Assembly: GCA_038245905.1 (NCBI GenBank)
Contig: JBBRRY010000017.1
Location: 7,793-71,792, forward strand
Direction: 5' to 3'
Length of the DNA stretch: 64,000 nt
Source of the DNA: Thermoanaerobaculia bacterium
Lineage (GTDB): Bacteria > Acidobacteriota > Thermoanaerobaculia > UBA5066
Positions 30,853 to 40,860 of the stretch are shown here, piece after piece. The stretch's first letter is position 1. Each line of letters opens with the position of its first letter. The position numbers and the translations under genes are program-made. The notes beneath the pieces are model-generated. The model made no database searches, was not told the origin of the DNA, and worked only from the letters and a program-made list of their open reading frames with translations.

Positions 30853-32225
30853 GGAATCTCCACCGCCTCGTCGTGGTCGAGAGGCCGGCGGACCTTACGA
30901 CGCCCGTTGCGCTCATGAAGGGCCTTCTTGCCGGCGAGGGGCCGTGCTTCCTTCTCGAATCGGTCGAGGGGGGCGACCGCGTGGCGCGGTGGTCCTTCCT
31001 CGGGGCGTCGCCCTCGGGAGAGATCTCCGGCCAGGATACGGATCCGTTCGCCGCCCTCCGCGCGCTGCCTCGCGGCGAAATGGCGGCAGGCGGGGACGAC
31101 CTCCCTCCCTTCACGGGCGGAGCCGTCGGTTACGCGGGCTACGACGCCGTGAGGCGCCTCGAACGCCTCCCCGAAACGAACCCGGACCCGATCGGGCTGC
31201 CGGACGCGTGGTTCGGGATCTTCGACGCGGTCATCGCGTTCGACCATGTGCGGCACCGCCTTCTCTTCGTGACGCATGCCGAAGAGGGCCGGGAGGAAGA
31301 GGCGCGCGCTCGTCTGCACGCGCTCGAGGCGCGCACCCTCACCCGAGGTGGTGAAACGCGCACAGAGACTCTCTCTTCTCTTACCTTCAAAGAATCTTCT
31401 CCTCGTTCCTCCTACATCGCGGCGGTCGAGCGCGCGAAGGAGCACATTCGGGCGGGCGACGTGTTTCAGGTCGTCCTCTCGCGCCGCTGGTCCGCACCCT
31501 TCGACGGCGACGCCTTCGCTGTCTACCGCGCGCTCCGGTCCATCAGCCCGTCGCCGTACCAGTACTTCCTGAGGACGCCGCACGGCGCGATCTTCGGAGC
31601 CTCGCCCGAGCGACTCGTGCGCGTCGCGGCGGCCCTCGGCGGCGCGGCCGTGGAGACGATTCCTCTCGCCGGCACCCGCGCGCGCGGCGCGACGCGCGAA
31701 GAGGACCTCGCCCTCGAGAAGGAGCTCCTCGCGGACCCGAAGGAGCGCGCGGAGCACGTGATGCTCGTGGATCTCGGGAGAAACGACCTCGGCCGAGTCG
31801 CGAAGGCCGGGAGCGTGCGCGTGGAAGATTTTTTCCGCGTCGAGCGCTATTCCCACGTGATGCACATCGCCTCGCGCGTGACCGGCGTTCTCGCCGAGGG
31901 GAAGGACGCCGTCGACGCTCTCGTGGCGACGTTTCCGGCCGGGACGCTTACGGGAGCGCCGAAAATACGCGCGATGGAGATCATCGAGGACCTCGAGCCG
32001 GTGCGGCGCGGCGCCTACGGCGGCACCGTGGGCTACCTCGACTTCGCCGGAAACCTCGACGTGGCTATCGCGATCCGCACGGCGGTCGTCGCGAACGGCA
32101 TTCTCCACGTGCAGGCCGGCGCCGGCATCGTCGCCGACTCCGACCCCGAGGCCGAAGCGACCGAGTGCGAGAACAAGGCCCGTGCTCTCATGGGCGCCGT
32201 TGCGAAGGCGGGGACGTACCGATGA
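30849..32225 (+). CDS. trpE: anthranilate synthase component I
   Basis: 458 aa TrpE; GTGA overlap; AT-rich element at 31366-31414. Confidence 0.88.
   Translation: MRNLHRLVVVERPADLTTPVALMKGLLAGEGPCFLLESVEGGDRVARWSFLGASPSGEISGQDTDPFAALRALPRGEMAAGGDDLPPFTGGAVGYAGYDAVRRLERLPETNPDPIGLPDAWFGIFDAVIAFDHVRHRLLFVTHAEEGREEEARARLHALEARTLTRGGETRTETLSSLTFKESSPRSSYIAAVERAKEHIRAGDVFQVVLSRRWSAPFDGDAFAVYRALRSISPSPYQYFLRTPHGAIFGASPERLVRVAAALGGAAVETIPLAGTRARGATREEDLALEKELLADPKERAEHVMLVDLGRNDLGRVAKAGSVRVEDFFRVERYSHVMHIASRVTGVLAEGKDAVDALVATFPAGTLTGAPKIRAMEIIEDLEPVRRGAYGGTVGYLDFAGNLDVAIAIRTAVVANGILHVQAGAGIVADSDPEAEATECENKARALMGAVAKAGTYR
31366..31414 (+). repeat. element (CTCTCTTCTCTTACCTTCAAAGAATCTTCTCCTCGTTCCTCC), in trpE
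   Basis: variant core TTCAAAGAA. Confidence 0.6.
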
Positions 32226-32791
32226 TCCTCGTCGTCGACAACTACGACTCCTTCACGTACAACCTCGTCCAGATCCTCTCCATGTTCGACGGCGACGTAC
32301 GCGTCGTGCGAAACGACGCGCTCAGCGTGGACGCGATCCTCGCTGCGAAGCCGGACCGGCTCGTCGTGTCTCCGGGGCCGGGCCGGCCGGAAGACGCGGG
32401 AGTCTCGTGCGAGCTGATCCGCCGGAACGAGCGGATCCCTCTCTTAGGAGTCTGCCTCGGGCATCAGGCCCTCGGGGCCGTCTTCGGCGGAACGGTCTCC
32501 CGCGCGCCGGTCCTCATGCACGGCAAGACTTCGGAAATCTCGCACGAGGGAGCGGGCCTTTTCGCGGGGCTCCCGAGCCCGTTCACGGCCACGCGGTACC
32601 ACTCCCTCGTCGTGGAGCGGGACTCGGTTCCCGCGGCGCTCCGGATCACCGCCACGACCGATGACGGGCTCGTGATGGGCCTCGCCCATCGGACCCGCCC
32701 TCTCGTCGGCGTGCAGTTCCATCCCGAGTCGATCCTGACGAAAGAGGGGGAGCGGCTCCTGAAGAACTTCGTGGACGGGCGGCTCGCGTGA
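32222..32791 (+). CDS. trpG: anthranilate synthase component II (glutamine amidotransferase)
   Basis: 189 aa GATase ([24 protein letters not shown]). Confidence 0.9.
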   Translation: MILVVDNYDSFTYNLVQILSMFDGDVRVVRNDALSVDAILAAKPDRLVVSPGPGRPEDAGVSCELIRRNERIPLLGVCLGHQALGAVFGGTVSRAPVLMHGKTSEISHEGAGLFAGLPSPFTATRYHSLVVERDSVPAALRITATTDDGLVMGLAHRTRPLVGVQFHPESILTKEGERLLKNFVDGRLA

Positions 32792-33828
32792 CGACGGCCG
32801 CCCATCGCGCGCTCTGGACGGTGGCGCGTGGCGCGCATCTGACCCGCGCGGAAGCGCGGGCAGCCGTGACGGCGCTTCTCGACGAGGACATCCCCGGGAC
32901 GATCGTGGCCGGCCTCCTCGCGGCGCTGGCGGCCCGGGGCGAGACGATCGAGGTCGTGGCGGGCGCCGTGGATGTCCTCCGGGCGCGGGCGGCGCGGCCT
33001 CCCGTGGACGCGGCACTGGCCGCCCGCTCCATCGACGTCTGCGGAACCGGGGGCGACGGGTTCGGCACCTTCAATGTCTCGACGGCCGCCGCGTTCGTGG
33101 TCGCGGGCGCAGGGACGCCCGTCGCCAAACACGGGAACCGTGCCGTCTCCTCGGCATGCGGCTCGGCCGACGTCCTCGCAGCGCTTGGTGTCGAAATCGA
33201 GATGTCTCCCGTCCGGGCCGCCGAGGCGCTCGCGCGCGCGAACGTCACTTTCTTCTTCGCGCCGCTCTATCACCCCTCGATGAAGAAGGTAGGCCCGATC
33301 CGGCGCGAGCTGGGAGTCCGCACGGTATTCAACCTCGCCGGACCCCTTTCGAATCCGCTCGGCGTGACGCGGCAGATCGTGGGGGTGGATCATCCCGAGC
33401 GGGTGCCCGTGATCGCGGGAGCCCTCGCGGAGCTCAACACCGAGCGCGCGCTGGTGTTCTCGCACGAGACCGGCGGCGACGAGCTGCTGCCCTTCGGGCG
33501 CACGTTCGCGGCAGACGTGCGCGGGACCCATGTCGAGCTTCTCGAGCTCTCTGCCCCGGATTTCGGCCTCGAGGAGGGCGAGGGGGCCGATCCCTTGAAG
33601 GGCGGGGACGCCCACACGAACGCGGAGATCCTGCGCGCGATCCTGGGAGGCTTCCGGCGCGACGCGCGGGACGTCGTCCTGATGAACGCTGCAGCTGCGC
33701 TCGTCGTCTCGGGACTGGCCGCTGATTACCGGGAAGGCGTCACGCGGGCGGAACACGCCATCGACGAGGGGAGTGCCCGGGAGGCGCTCGATGCGCTCGT
33801 GAGAATCTCGAACGGGGTCCCGTCCTAA
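32788..33828 (+). CDS. trpD: anthranilate phosphoribosyltransferase
   Basis: GTGGDG motif, 346 aa. Confidence 0.9.
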   Translation: MTTAAHRALWTVARGAHLTRAEARAAVTALLDEDIPGTIVAGLLAALAARGETIEVVAGAVDVLRARAARPPVDAALAARSIDVCGTGGDGFGTFNVSTAAAFVVAGAGTPVAKHGNRAVSSACGSADVLAALGVEIEMSPVRAAEALARANVTFFFAPLYHPSMKKVGPIRRELGVRTVFNLAGPLSNPLGVTRQIVGVDHPERVPVIAGALAELNTERALVFSHETGGDELLPFGRTFAADVRGTHVELLELSAPDFGLEEGEGADPLKGGDAHTNAEILRAILGGFRRDARDVVLMNAAAALVVSGLAADYREGVTRAEHAIDEGSAREALDALVRISNGVPS

Positions 33829-33878
33829 GAGGAGTAAGAGGGAGAGAAATTTCTTAGAAAGGGTAAGAGGAAGAGGGG
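33826..33878 (-). repeat. element, SD-like orientation (GGAGTAAGAGGGAGAGAAATTTCTTAGAAAGGGTAAGAGGAAGAGGGG), intergenic trpD-trpC, doubling as trpC RBS
   Basis: exact core; most complete copy. Confidence 0.75.
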
Positions 33879-35390
33879 ATGGGCGGATCGATTCTTGGGG
33901 AGATTCTCGCCGCCAAGCGGCGCCGGATCGCCCGTGGGGAGTTCACGGCCGAGACGGGCGCGCGCGCACGCACCAGCGGGGGTAGGGGCGCGCAGCCCGC
34001 GGCGCGGCCCGACGGCGCGCGCTTCGCCGCGGCCCTTAGGTCTCACCCTTCTCTTTCTTCCTCCTCCATTTCTAAGCAAGTCTTTCCTCTTCCTCTCCTT
34101 CTTTCCGAGATCAAGCACCGCTCCCCGAGCGCGGGCCTGATTCTTCCCGACGCGTCCTCGCGAATCGAGTCCCTCGCGCGCGCCTATCGGCGCGGCGGGG
34201 CGTCGGTCCTCTCCGTCGTCGTCGAGCAGGACTTCTTCGGCGGCGATCCGTCATGGCTGCCCCGCGCGAAGGCTGCGTCCGGGCTGCCCGTCCTGATGAA
34301 GGACTTCATCGTGGACGAGGCACAGCTGGACTTCGCCGCGGCCCTCGGCGCCGACGCGGTGCTCCTCCTCGTGTCTGCCCTCGAGGACGAGGGGCTTTCG
34401 CGCCTCCATGCGGCCGCGCGCTCCCGCGGTCTCGCGGTCCTCGTGGAGGCGCACGACGAGGCCGAGACCCGGCGGGCGCTGGATGTGGGCGCGGAGGTTG
34501 TCGGCGTGAACGCGCGGGATCTCGAGACGTTCGCCGTCGACCTGCCTGGAATGGCCCGCCTCGGTTCGCTCCTGCCGACGTCAGTCGTCCGCGTGGCCGA
34601 GAGCGGCATCAGGACCCGAGCGGACATCGAGGCTCTCTCCATGGCGGGCTATGGGGCTTTTCTCGTCGGTGAGACGCTCCTCCGCGCGTCCGACCCGGCG
34701 CGCGCCCTGCGCGAGCTCAAGGGCGAGAACGCGACCGAGATCAAGATCTGCGGCGTCACCCGGGAAGAAGACGTCGACGCGTGCCTGGAGTTCGGCGTGG
34801 ACTGGATCGGGCTCATCTTCGCGGAGCGCTCGCCGCGGAAATTGACGCCAGAGAGAGGAAGAATTCTTCGAATGAGGGCAATGGGGGAGCGCGGTGCGCG
34901 ACGAGAGGAAGGCGGGGCTGCGGGCGCCGTCAAGGGTGTGGTGGTTGTCTTCGACGGGGGCGACGAGGAAGAGATTCTTCGAGTCATTGAACTCGTTCGT
35001 CCGGACGTCGTTCAAATGCCAGATCCCCCTCTTACCCTTCAAAAGAAATTCTCTTCTTTCTCTTTTCTTTCGCTGTGGAACACCCTTCGTGTCGGGAGAG
35101 ATGACTTGTCGAGTGCGAATGAGCGGCGCGGCGCCGCTCTCCACTTCGATACGTCGGTGGCCGGGGCGAGCGGTGGCACCGGCAAGACATTCGACTGGAC
35201 TCTTCTGGACGCCGTCGATCGATCGCGCCCGCTGATTCTCGCGGGCGGCCTGAATCCCGGAAACGTGGCGGACGCCGTCAGAAGAGTGAAGCCGGACGTC
35301 GTGGACGTGGCGTCGGGAGTGGAGTCCGCGCCCGGAATCAAGGATCGGGCGAAAATCGCCGCATTCGTGAGGGAGGTCCGTGGTGCCTGA
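33879..35390 (+). CDS. trpCF: bifunctional indole-3-glycerol-phosphate synthase / phosphoribosylanthranilate isomerase
   Basis: IGPS half ([10 protein letters not shown]..) and PRAI half (KICGVT...GGTG..FDW); four AT-rich elements inside. Confidence 0.85.
   Translation: MGGSILGEILAAKRRRIARGEFTAETGARARTSGGRGAQPAARPDGARFAAALRSHPSLSSSSISKQVFPLPLLLSEIKHRSPSAGLILPDASSRIESLARAYRRGGASVLSVVVEQDFFGGDPSWLPRAKAASGLPVLMKDFIVDEAQLDFAAALGADAVLLLVSALEDEGLSRLHAAARSRGLAVLVEAHDEAETRRALDVGAEVVGVNARDLETFAVDLPGMARLGSLLPTSVVRVAESGIRTRADIEALSMAGYGAFLVGETLLRASDPARALRELKGENATEIKICGVTREEDVDACLEFGVDWIGLIFAERSPRKLTPERGRILRMRAMGERGARREEGGAAGAVKGVVVVFDGGDEEEILRVIELVRPDVVQMPDPPLTLQKKFSSFSFLSLWNTLRVGRDDLSSANERRGAALHFDTSVAGASGGTGKTFDWTLLDAVDRSRPLILAGGLNPGNVADAVRRVKPDVVDVASGVESAPGIKDRAKIAAFVREVRGA
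34035..34110 (+). repeat. extended polypyrimidine element (CCTTCTCTTTCTTCCTCCTCCATTTCTAAGCAAGTCTTTCCTCTTCCTCTCCTTCTTTCC), in trpC
   Basis: variant core TTCTAAGCA, long CT tract. Confidence 0.6.
34849..34888 (-). repeat. element (AGAGAGGAAGAATTCTTCGAATGAGGGCAATGGGGGAG), in trpF half
   Basis: GAATTCTTCGAA variant (cf. 12991-13012). Confidence 0.5.
34964..34998 (-). repeat. element (GAGGAAGAGATTCTTCGAGTCATTGAACTCG), in trpF half
   Basis: variant. Confidence 0.45.
35024..35073 (+). repeat. element (CCCCTCTTACCCTTCAAAAGAAATTCTCTTCTTTCTCTTTTCTTTCG), in trpF half
   Basis: variant core TTCAAAAGAA. Confidence 0.6.
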
Positions 35391-36603
35391 CGCGACTGGA
35401 GAGGCATTTCGCCCGCCCGAGGCCGACGCCGAGGGGCGCTTTGGAGCGTTCGGCGGGCGCTTCGTCCCGGAGACGCTGATGGCGCCCCTCGAGGAGCTGA
35501 CGCGCGCCTACAAGGACGCCCGCCGCGATCCCGCCTTCCGGCGCGAGCTGGACGGACTCCTGAAGACCTACGCCGGCCGGCCGACACCGCTCACGTATGC
35601 GAAGCGCCTCTCCGAGAATCTGGGCGGCGCGAGGATCTTCCTGAAGCGCGAAGACCTCCTCCACACGGGAGCGCACAAGATCAACAACGCGCTCGGACAG
35701 GCGCTTCTCACGAAGAGGATGGGCAAGGCGCGCGTCATCGCGGAGACCGGAGCCGGACAACATGGCGTGGCCACGGCGACGGCGTGCGCCCTCCTCGGCC
35801 TCGAGTGCGTCGTTTACATGGGAGCCGTCGACGTGGAGCGGCAGGCTCTGAATGTCTACCGGATGAAGCTGCTCGGCGCGACGGTCGTGCCCGTGACGGC
35901 CGGCTCGCGCACGCTCAAGGACGCGATCAACGAGGCCATGCGCGACTGGGTCGCCACGACCGCGACGACGCACTACATCCTGGGTTCGGTTCTGGGGCCG
36001 CATCCGTTCCCGACCATGGTGCGCGATTTCCAATCCGTGATCGGGCGGGAAGCCCTCGCGCAGAGCCGCAAGGTCCTCGGAAAGCTGCCCGACCTCCTCG
36101 TGGCATGCGTGGGCGGAGGCTCGAACGCGATCGGCCTCTTCCGGGAATTCCTGCCGTTCCAGGACGTCGAGATGGTCGGCGTCGAGGCCGGAGGGCGCAG
36201 CCTCGAGCCCGGCGAGCACGCAGCCCGTTTCGGGCCGGGTTCCGTCGGCGTCCTCCATGGCACGCGCACCTTGATCCTTCAGGACGCCGACGGGCAGGTG
36301 CTACCGACTCACTCCGTGTCCGCGGGCCTCGACTATCCGGCCGTGGGGCCCGAGCATGCGCGTCTTGCCGAGCTCGGACGGACCCAATATGTCTCGGTCC
36401 CGGACGACGCCGCGCTCGCGGCGTTCCACCGCCTCGCGGAGACCGAAGGGATCATTCCGGCCCTCGAGACAGCGCACGCCGTTGCCTGGGCCATCGAAGA
36501 GGCGCGCCGCCGGCCGAAGAGCGCCACGCTCCTCGTGAATCTCTCCGGCCGTGGTGACAAAGACGTCGTCCAGGTCGCGCGGCGCGAGGGCGTCGAGCTG
36601 TGA
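35380..36603 (+). CDS. trpB: tryptophan synthase beta chain
   Basis: 407 aa PLP enzyme ([15 protein letters not shown]). Confidence 0.92.
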   Translation: MVPDATGEAFRPPEADAEGRFGAFGGRFVPETLMAPLEELTRAYKDARRDPAFRRELDGLLKTYAGRPTPLTYAKRLSENLGGARIFLKREDLLHTGAHKINNALGQALLTKRMGKARVIAETGAGQHGVATATACALLGLECVVYMGAVDVERQALNVYRMKLLGATVVPVTAGSRTLKDAINEAMRDWVATTATTHYILGSVLGPHPFPTMVRDFQSVIGREALAQSRKVLGKLPDLLVACVGGGSNAIGLFREFLPFQDVEMVGVEAGGRSLEPGEHAARFGPGSVGVLHGTRTLILQDADGQVLPTHSVSAGLDYPAVGPEHARLAELGRTQYVSVPDDAALAAFHRLAETEGIIPALETAHAVAWAIEEARRRPKSATLLVNLSGRGDKDVVQVARREGVEL

Positions 36604-37418
36604 GCACTGTGAATCGCATCGGGCGAGCCTTCGCGACGGCCCGGGCCTCCGGACGGGCGGCGCTGATCGTCTTCGTGGAGGCGGGCGATCCCGATCTCGA
36701 GACGACCCGCCGGCTTCTTCCCGCGCTCGCGGAGGCGGGAGCCGACGTAATCGAGCTCGGGATCCCGTTCAGCGATCCGCTTGCGGACGGACCGGTCATC
36801 CAGCGCGCGAGCGAACGCGCCCTCGCGGCGGGGACGACGCTCCCGGCCGCGCTCTCCGTCCTCGCGGAGCTTCGGGCCGAGCGCTTCGTGGCGCCCGTCG
36901 TGATCTTCAGCTACGCGAATCCGGTACTCGCGATGGGGGAGGCCGAGTTCGCTCTCCGGGCGGCGCAGGCCGGCGCGGACGGAGTTCTCGTGACCGACCT
37001 CCCACCGGAAGAAGGCCGCCCCTTCGCGTCGGTCTTGAAGAGCGCGAAGCTCGATCCCGTCTACCTTGTCGCGCCGACGTCGCCGGACGAGCGCATCCGC
37101 AGGGCCGGGTCGCTCTCGCGCGGCTTCCTCTACGTCGTGTCGCGGGCCGGCATCACGGGCGCGCGCACGGCCCTGCCCGAGGGGCTCCCCGCCCTCGTGT
37201 CTCGCGTGCGGCAGCAGGTGCCGCGTCTTCCGATCGCGGTGGGCTTCGGCCTCTCGACGCCCGAGCAGGTCCGCGAGGTCGCTGCTTTGGCGGACGGCGT
37301 CGTCGTGGGGAGCGCGATCGTGGCCGCAATGGAAGCCGCCCGCGCGGCCGGCAGGGACCCCGTCGAGGCGGCGGCCGCTCTCGTCCGTTCGCTCGCCGCG
37401 GCCACGCCGAAAGGCTGA
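36600..37418 (+). CDS. trpA: tryptophan synthase alpha chain
   Basis: 272 aa TrpA; GTGA overlap with trpB. Confidence 0.9.
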   Translation: MSTVNRIGRAFATARASGRAALIVFVEAGDPDLETTRRLLPALAEAGADVIELGIPFSDPLADGPVIQRASERALAAGTTLPAALSVLAELRAERFVAPVVIFSYANPVLAMGEAEFALRAAQAGADGVLVTDLPPEEGRPFASVLKSAKLDPVYLVAPTSPDERIRRAGSLSRGFLYVVSRAGITGARTALPEGLPALVSRVRQQVPRLPIAVGFGLSTPEQVREVAALADGVVVGSAIVAAMEAARAAGRDPVEAAAALVRSLAAATPKG

Positions 37419-37419
37419 C

Positions 37420-38184
37420 GTGACCCGAGACGACTCGGGGCTGTCCGCCCGGATCTCGAAGGCCGACCGAAGAGCACTTGCCGCGCTGATCGCGGAAGAG
37501 CTTCCCCGCCTCACGGAACGCGACGCGCTTCAGGCGCTCCGTCACCCGCATGCCTCGGAGGCGATGATCGAGGAGATCCTCTCCTCGAAGACGCTGCTCT
37601 CGTTCCGGGGCGTTCGCCGGCTCGTCGCGGCGCACCCTCTCACGCCGCGGCATGCGGCGCTGCGCTGCCTCGACGATCTCCTGTGGCGCGACCTCCTCGA
37701 CGTCGGCCGCGAGGTGCGCACACCTCCGCCCGTGAGGGTCGCGGCCAACCGCAAGCTCGAAGGGGCGCTCCAGTTTCTCGCCGTCGGCGAGAAAATCGCG
37801 GTGGCCCGGTTCGCGTCGCCCTCGCTCTTTTCGGTGCTTCTCGACGAGCCGGACGTCCGCGTTCTCGAGGCGGTCCTCGCCAACCCGAGGCTCATGACCG
37901 AGGACCTTCAGCGCTGGCTCGCCACGGGGCATCCCCGGCCGGAATCGCTCGCTCTTCTCGCGTGCGACGCGCGCTGGGCGAGGCGGCCCGCGATCCGGAT
38001 CGCGCTGCTGACTCATCGAGCGACACCCCGTGCGGCGGCGCTCTCGCTCCTGACCTCGGCCTCGCGCGGCGAGTGGCTGCGGCTCGCGGAGGACCCGAAC
38101 GCGGACGCCCTTCTTTCCGCCTGTGCGCGAAAATTGCTCGAAAAAGGTCTCAAGCCCGTTGACAGAAGCGGTAAGTCGCCGTAG
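37420..38184 (+). CDS. hypothetical alpha-helical repeat protein (hP(L/R)TP...LL repeats), starts 1 nt after trpA stop
   Basis: ~7 degenerate 25-30 aa repeats seen in translation; GTG start in frame of longer ORF. Confidence 0.55.
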   Translation: MTRDDSGLSARISKADRRALAALIAEELPRLTERDALQALRHPHASEAMIEEILSSKTLLSFRGVRRLVAAHPLTPRHAALRCLDDLLWRDLLDVGREVRTPPPVRVAANRKLEGALQFLAVGEKIAVARFASPSLFSVLLDEPDVRVLEAVLANPRLMTEDLQRWLATGHPRPESLALLACDARWARRPAIRIALLTHRATPRAAALSLLTSASRGEWLRLAEDPNADALLSACARKLLEKGLKPVDRSGKSP

Positions 38185-38207
38185 GCTAACACGTTACGGG
38201 GATTCGG

Positions 38208-39035
38208 GTGACTGCGGAGACTGCCCAGGAATTCGGCGAAGAACTTCGCCGTGAACGCGAGCTTCGAGACGTAAGCCGGGAACAGCTTTCGGCGGCGACG
38301 AAGGTTTCGCTGCGGCATATCGGCGCGCTCGAGTCCGGCCGTTACGACCAGCTTCCCGCCGGCGTCTTCTCGAAGGGCTTCGTCAAGGTGATTGCGCTGC
38401 ATCTCGGTCTCGACGCCGAGCGCGCCGTCGCCGCCTTCCGGCACGTGCACACGGGCTGGGAGGAGGACTGCGCGAAGCGTGAGCGCCAGGCGCCGATGAG
38501 CACGGCCGGTCTTCGCCTTTCGACGCCGCGGCGCGCGGTGTCTTCCTCGACGACGCTTCGCGGGATCGCGATCGCGCTGGTCCTCGCCGCCGTGACCGGC
38601 GCCGCGGCGTTCTTCCGGACGCGCGGCGCGGATCGCCGTGGTCCGGCCGCCTCGGCGACTCCGGTCGCCCGCGCCGAGAGCGGCCCGGCGTCCCTGGCCC
38701 TTCCGCCCGCGATCGCGGCCGCGACGGTGGCCCTGCCGGCGGGCACTTCTCTGCCGAGCGCCTTCTCCTCCCCGGCGTCGGGGCGCGGGAGAACGCTCTC
38801 CCTGACTTTCCGCGAAGAGTGCTGGGCCGAAGTGCTCGTGGACGGAAAGCTCGTCGTGCGCGGGTTCTTCCCGAAGGGTTCGCGCCGCGAGTTTTCGAAC
38901 GGCGGCACATTTACGCTTACGCTTGGAAACGCCGGCGCCGTCGAGGTCGTCGTCGATGGTCGTTCGCTCGGCACGCTGGGCGGCGAGCACGAGATCATCA
39001 AGAACTACGTGATCGAAGCGGCCCGTAAGGGCTGA
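38208..39035 (+). CDS. rodZ: RodZ-like cytoskeleton protein (N-terminal HTH, P/A-rich linker, C-terminal DUF4115-like domain)
   Basis: HTH (LSAATKVSLRHIGALESG), C-terminal ECWAEVLVDGKLV..GNAGAVEVVVDG. Confidence 0.7.
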   Translation: MTAETAQEFGEELRRERELRDVSREQLSAATKVSLRHIGALESGRYDQLPAGVFSKGFVKVIALHLGLDAERAVAAFRHVHTGWEEDCAKRERQAPMSTAGLRLSTPRRAVSSSTTLRGIAIALVLAAVTGAAAFFRTRGADRRGPAASATPVARAESGPASLALPPAIAAATVALPAGTSLPSAFSSPASGRGRTLSLTFREECWAEVLVDGKLVVRGFFPKGSRREFSNGGTFTLTLGNAGAVEVVVDGRSLGTLGGEHEIIKNYVIEAARKG

Positions 39036-39074
39036 CCCAAGGGAACGCCGAGGGACCGGGCGTAAGCTCGACCC

Positions 39075-40097
39075 GTGGCCGACACCGCCCCCGAAGGTGA
39101 CCTCCTCACCCAGATCGAGCGGGGCGAAGCCGCGCCCCAGATCCTCGATTTCGCGGCGAGGGGGATGGTCCCCCTGCCCCCCGAAGAGCTGGTCCGCGCG
39201 ATCGCCAGCATCATGGCGTCGGGCGACCCCCGCCTGGCCGCCATCGCCGCGGAATCCTTCAAGCGGTTCGACGCAGGGTCGCTGAAGAGCGCCGTCTTGA
39301 GTCCGGGGGTCCGGGCCGAGCAGCTCGCCGCCGTGGCGCATCACACGGAGGACGCCTTAGTGCTGGAGCCCCTCATACGGCACAAGGCCGTATCGGACGA
39401 AACTCTGGCCTGGCTCGCCGAGCGCGTGGACGCTCCACTTCAAGACATCATTGTCACGAACCAGACGCGCCTGCTCGCAGCTCCGGTCATCGTCGAACGG
39501 CTTTTCGAGAACCCGAGGCTCTCGCCCGAAATTCGGCGCCGGGCGGACGAGTTTCTCGAGGAGTTCTTTCTCAAGCAGGAGCGCGAGCGGGACGCCGCCG
39601 GGGAAACGGAGGAGGCGGCTCCGGAGGAGGCCCCGGCACCGGCGCCCGCCGCGGAGGTGGACGAGGCGGGGCTCACCGAGGCCGCCAAGAAGAGCCTCTT
39701 CGCCCGGGTCGCGACGATGTCCGTGGTCCAGAGGATCCGCCTCGCATACCGTGGAAACAAAGAGGAGCGGATGTTCCTCGTACAGGACCGCAACCGGCTG
39801 GTTTCGGCCGCCGTCCTGAAGTCCCCGAAGACCCGGGATGGGGACGCCGAATCCATCGCGAACATGAAGAACGTCGCGGAGGACGTTCTCCGGGGCATCA
39901 CGTGGCGGCGCGACTGGATGCGCCACTACACCATCATGCGGAATATCGTGAAGAACCCGAGGGCGCCGATCGACGTCACGCTTTCGCTCGTCGGTCGCTT
40001 GAACGCGAAGGATCAGAAGACTCTCGCGGGCGACCGGAACGTCCCCGAGGCCGTCCGCGCCTTCGCGCGCCGCGAGGTCTCCCGCAAGGAGACGTGA
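39075..40097 (+). CDS. hypothetical helical-repeat protein, paralogous to 37420-38184 (NPR(L/A)/SPK repeats)
   Basis: shares repeat motif and WRD(L/W)M segment with the upstream paralog. Confidence 0.55.
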   Translation: MADTAPEGDLLTQIERGEAAPQILDFAARGMVPLPPEELVRAIASIMASGDPRLAAIAAESFKRFDAGSLKSAVLSPGVRAEQLAAVAHHTEDALVLEPLIRHKAVSDETLAWLAERVDAPLQDIIVTNQTRLLAAPVIVERLFENPRLSPEIRRRADEFLEEFFLKQERERDAAGETEEAAPEEAPAPAPAAEVDEAGLTEAAKKSLFARVATMSVVQRIRLAYRGNKEERMFLVQDRNRLVSAAVLKSPKTRDGDAESIANMKNVAEDVLRGITWRRDWMRHYTIMRNIVKNPRAPIDVTLSLVGRLNAKDQKTLAGDRNVPEAVRAFARREVSRKET

Positions 40098-40114
40098 CGT
40101 CGCTCACGGATTGT

Positions 40115-40143
40115 TTGAAATTGGGGCTCCCGGTGTGAGAATC
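40115..40143 (+). promoter_or_regulatory. candidate sigma70-type promoter TTGAAA-N17-AGAATC upstream of DnaJ-TPR gene
   Basis: hexamer match by eye only. Confidence 0.25.
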
Positions 40144-40169
40144 TGAAGCGTGCCGACAATCTGGATCGT

Positions 40170-40853
40170 GTGGGCGGGGCGCCCCTCGAGGTTTCGTTGA
40201 CGAGTTACTACGACGTGCTCGGGGTTCCTCGCGACGCGTCCGAGACGGAAGTCCGCGCGAAATTCCGGCTCCTGGCCCGGGAGGGTCATCCCGACCGATT
40301 TCGGGAGCTCGCCGAAAAGAAGACTGCCGAGGAGCGCTTCCAGCTTCTCACCGAGGCGATGAACGTCCTTACGAACCCGGCGCGGCGCAAGGCTCACGAC
40401 ATCGAGCTCGAGAAGAACCGCCCCCTTTCCCAGGATCCGGCGGCGCTCGCGCGCCTCTATCTCGCCAAGGGGGTGAAGGCTTATCGCGAAGGTAATTTTC
40501 CGGAGGCGATTACGGAGTTCGACCTCGCCGTCAAGCATTACGACAAGGATGCCAAGGCGTTTCACTATCTTGCACTGTCCTGCATGAAGGTCGTCGGACA
40601 GGTGCGCCGGGGCGTCGACGCGATCGAGGCGGCAATCAAGCTGGACGGCAACAATGCGCTCTTCCATCGCGACGCCGGCAAGCTCTTCATCCTGGCCGGC
40701 CTGAATTCGAAAGCCGAGCGTCACCTCGAGCAGGCCCTTACGTGGCTTCCCGAGGACGCCGAGACCCTGAAGCTCCTTCAGGACGTGCGCCCGAAGAAGG
40801 GAACCAGCGGGGAACGCAAGGTCCCGAGCGGTATCTTCGGGCGGAAGGGATAA
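40170..40853 (+). CDS. DnaJ (J-domain) + TPR repeat protein; true start possibly TTG at 40197 (MTSYYDVLGV)
   Basis: J-domain with HPD motif, TPR-like C-terminal helices. Confidence 0.7.
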   Translation: MGGAPLEVSLTSYYDVLGVPRDASETEVRAKFRLLAREGHPDRFRELAEKKTAEERFQLLTEAMNVLTNPARRKAHDIELEKNRPLSQDPAALARLYLAKGVKAYREGNFPEAITEFDLAVKHYDKDAKAFHYLALSCMKVVGQVRRGVDAIEAAIKLDGNNALFHRDAGKLFILAGLNSKAERHLEQALTWLPEDAETLKLLQDVRPKKGTSGERKVPSGIFGRKG

Positions 40854-40860
40854 TCGCGGC

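Noticed and set aside
21196-35073. AT-rich elements as inteins, IS elements or MITE insertions
   Set aside because: Too short (25-60 nt). They have no ORF, no terminal inverted repeat or target-site duplication around a foreign internal segment. Sequence between paired copies encodes native protein, and several copies substitute for native sequence rather than insert.
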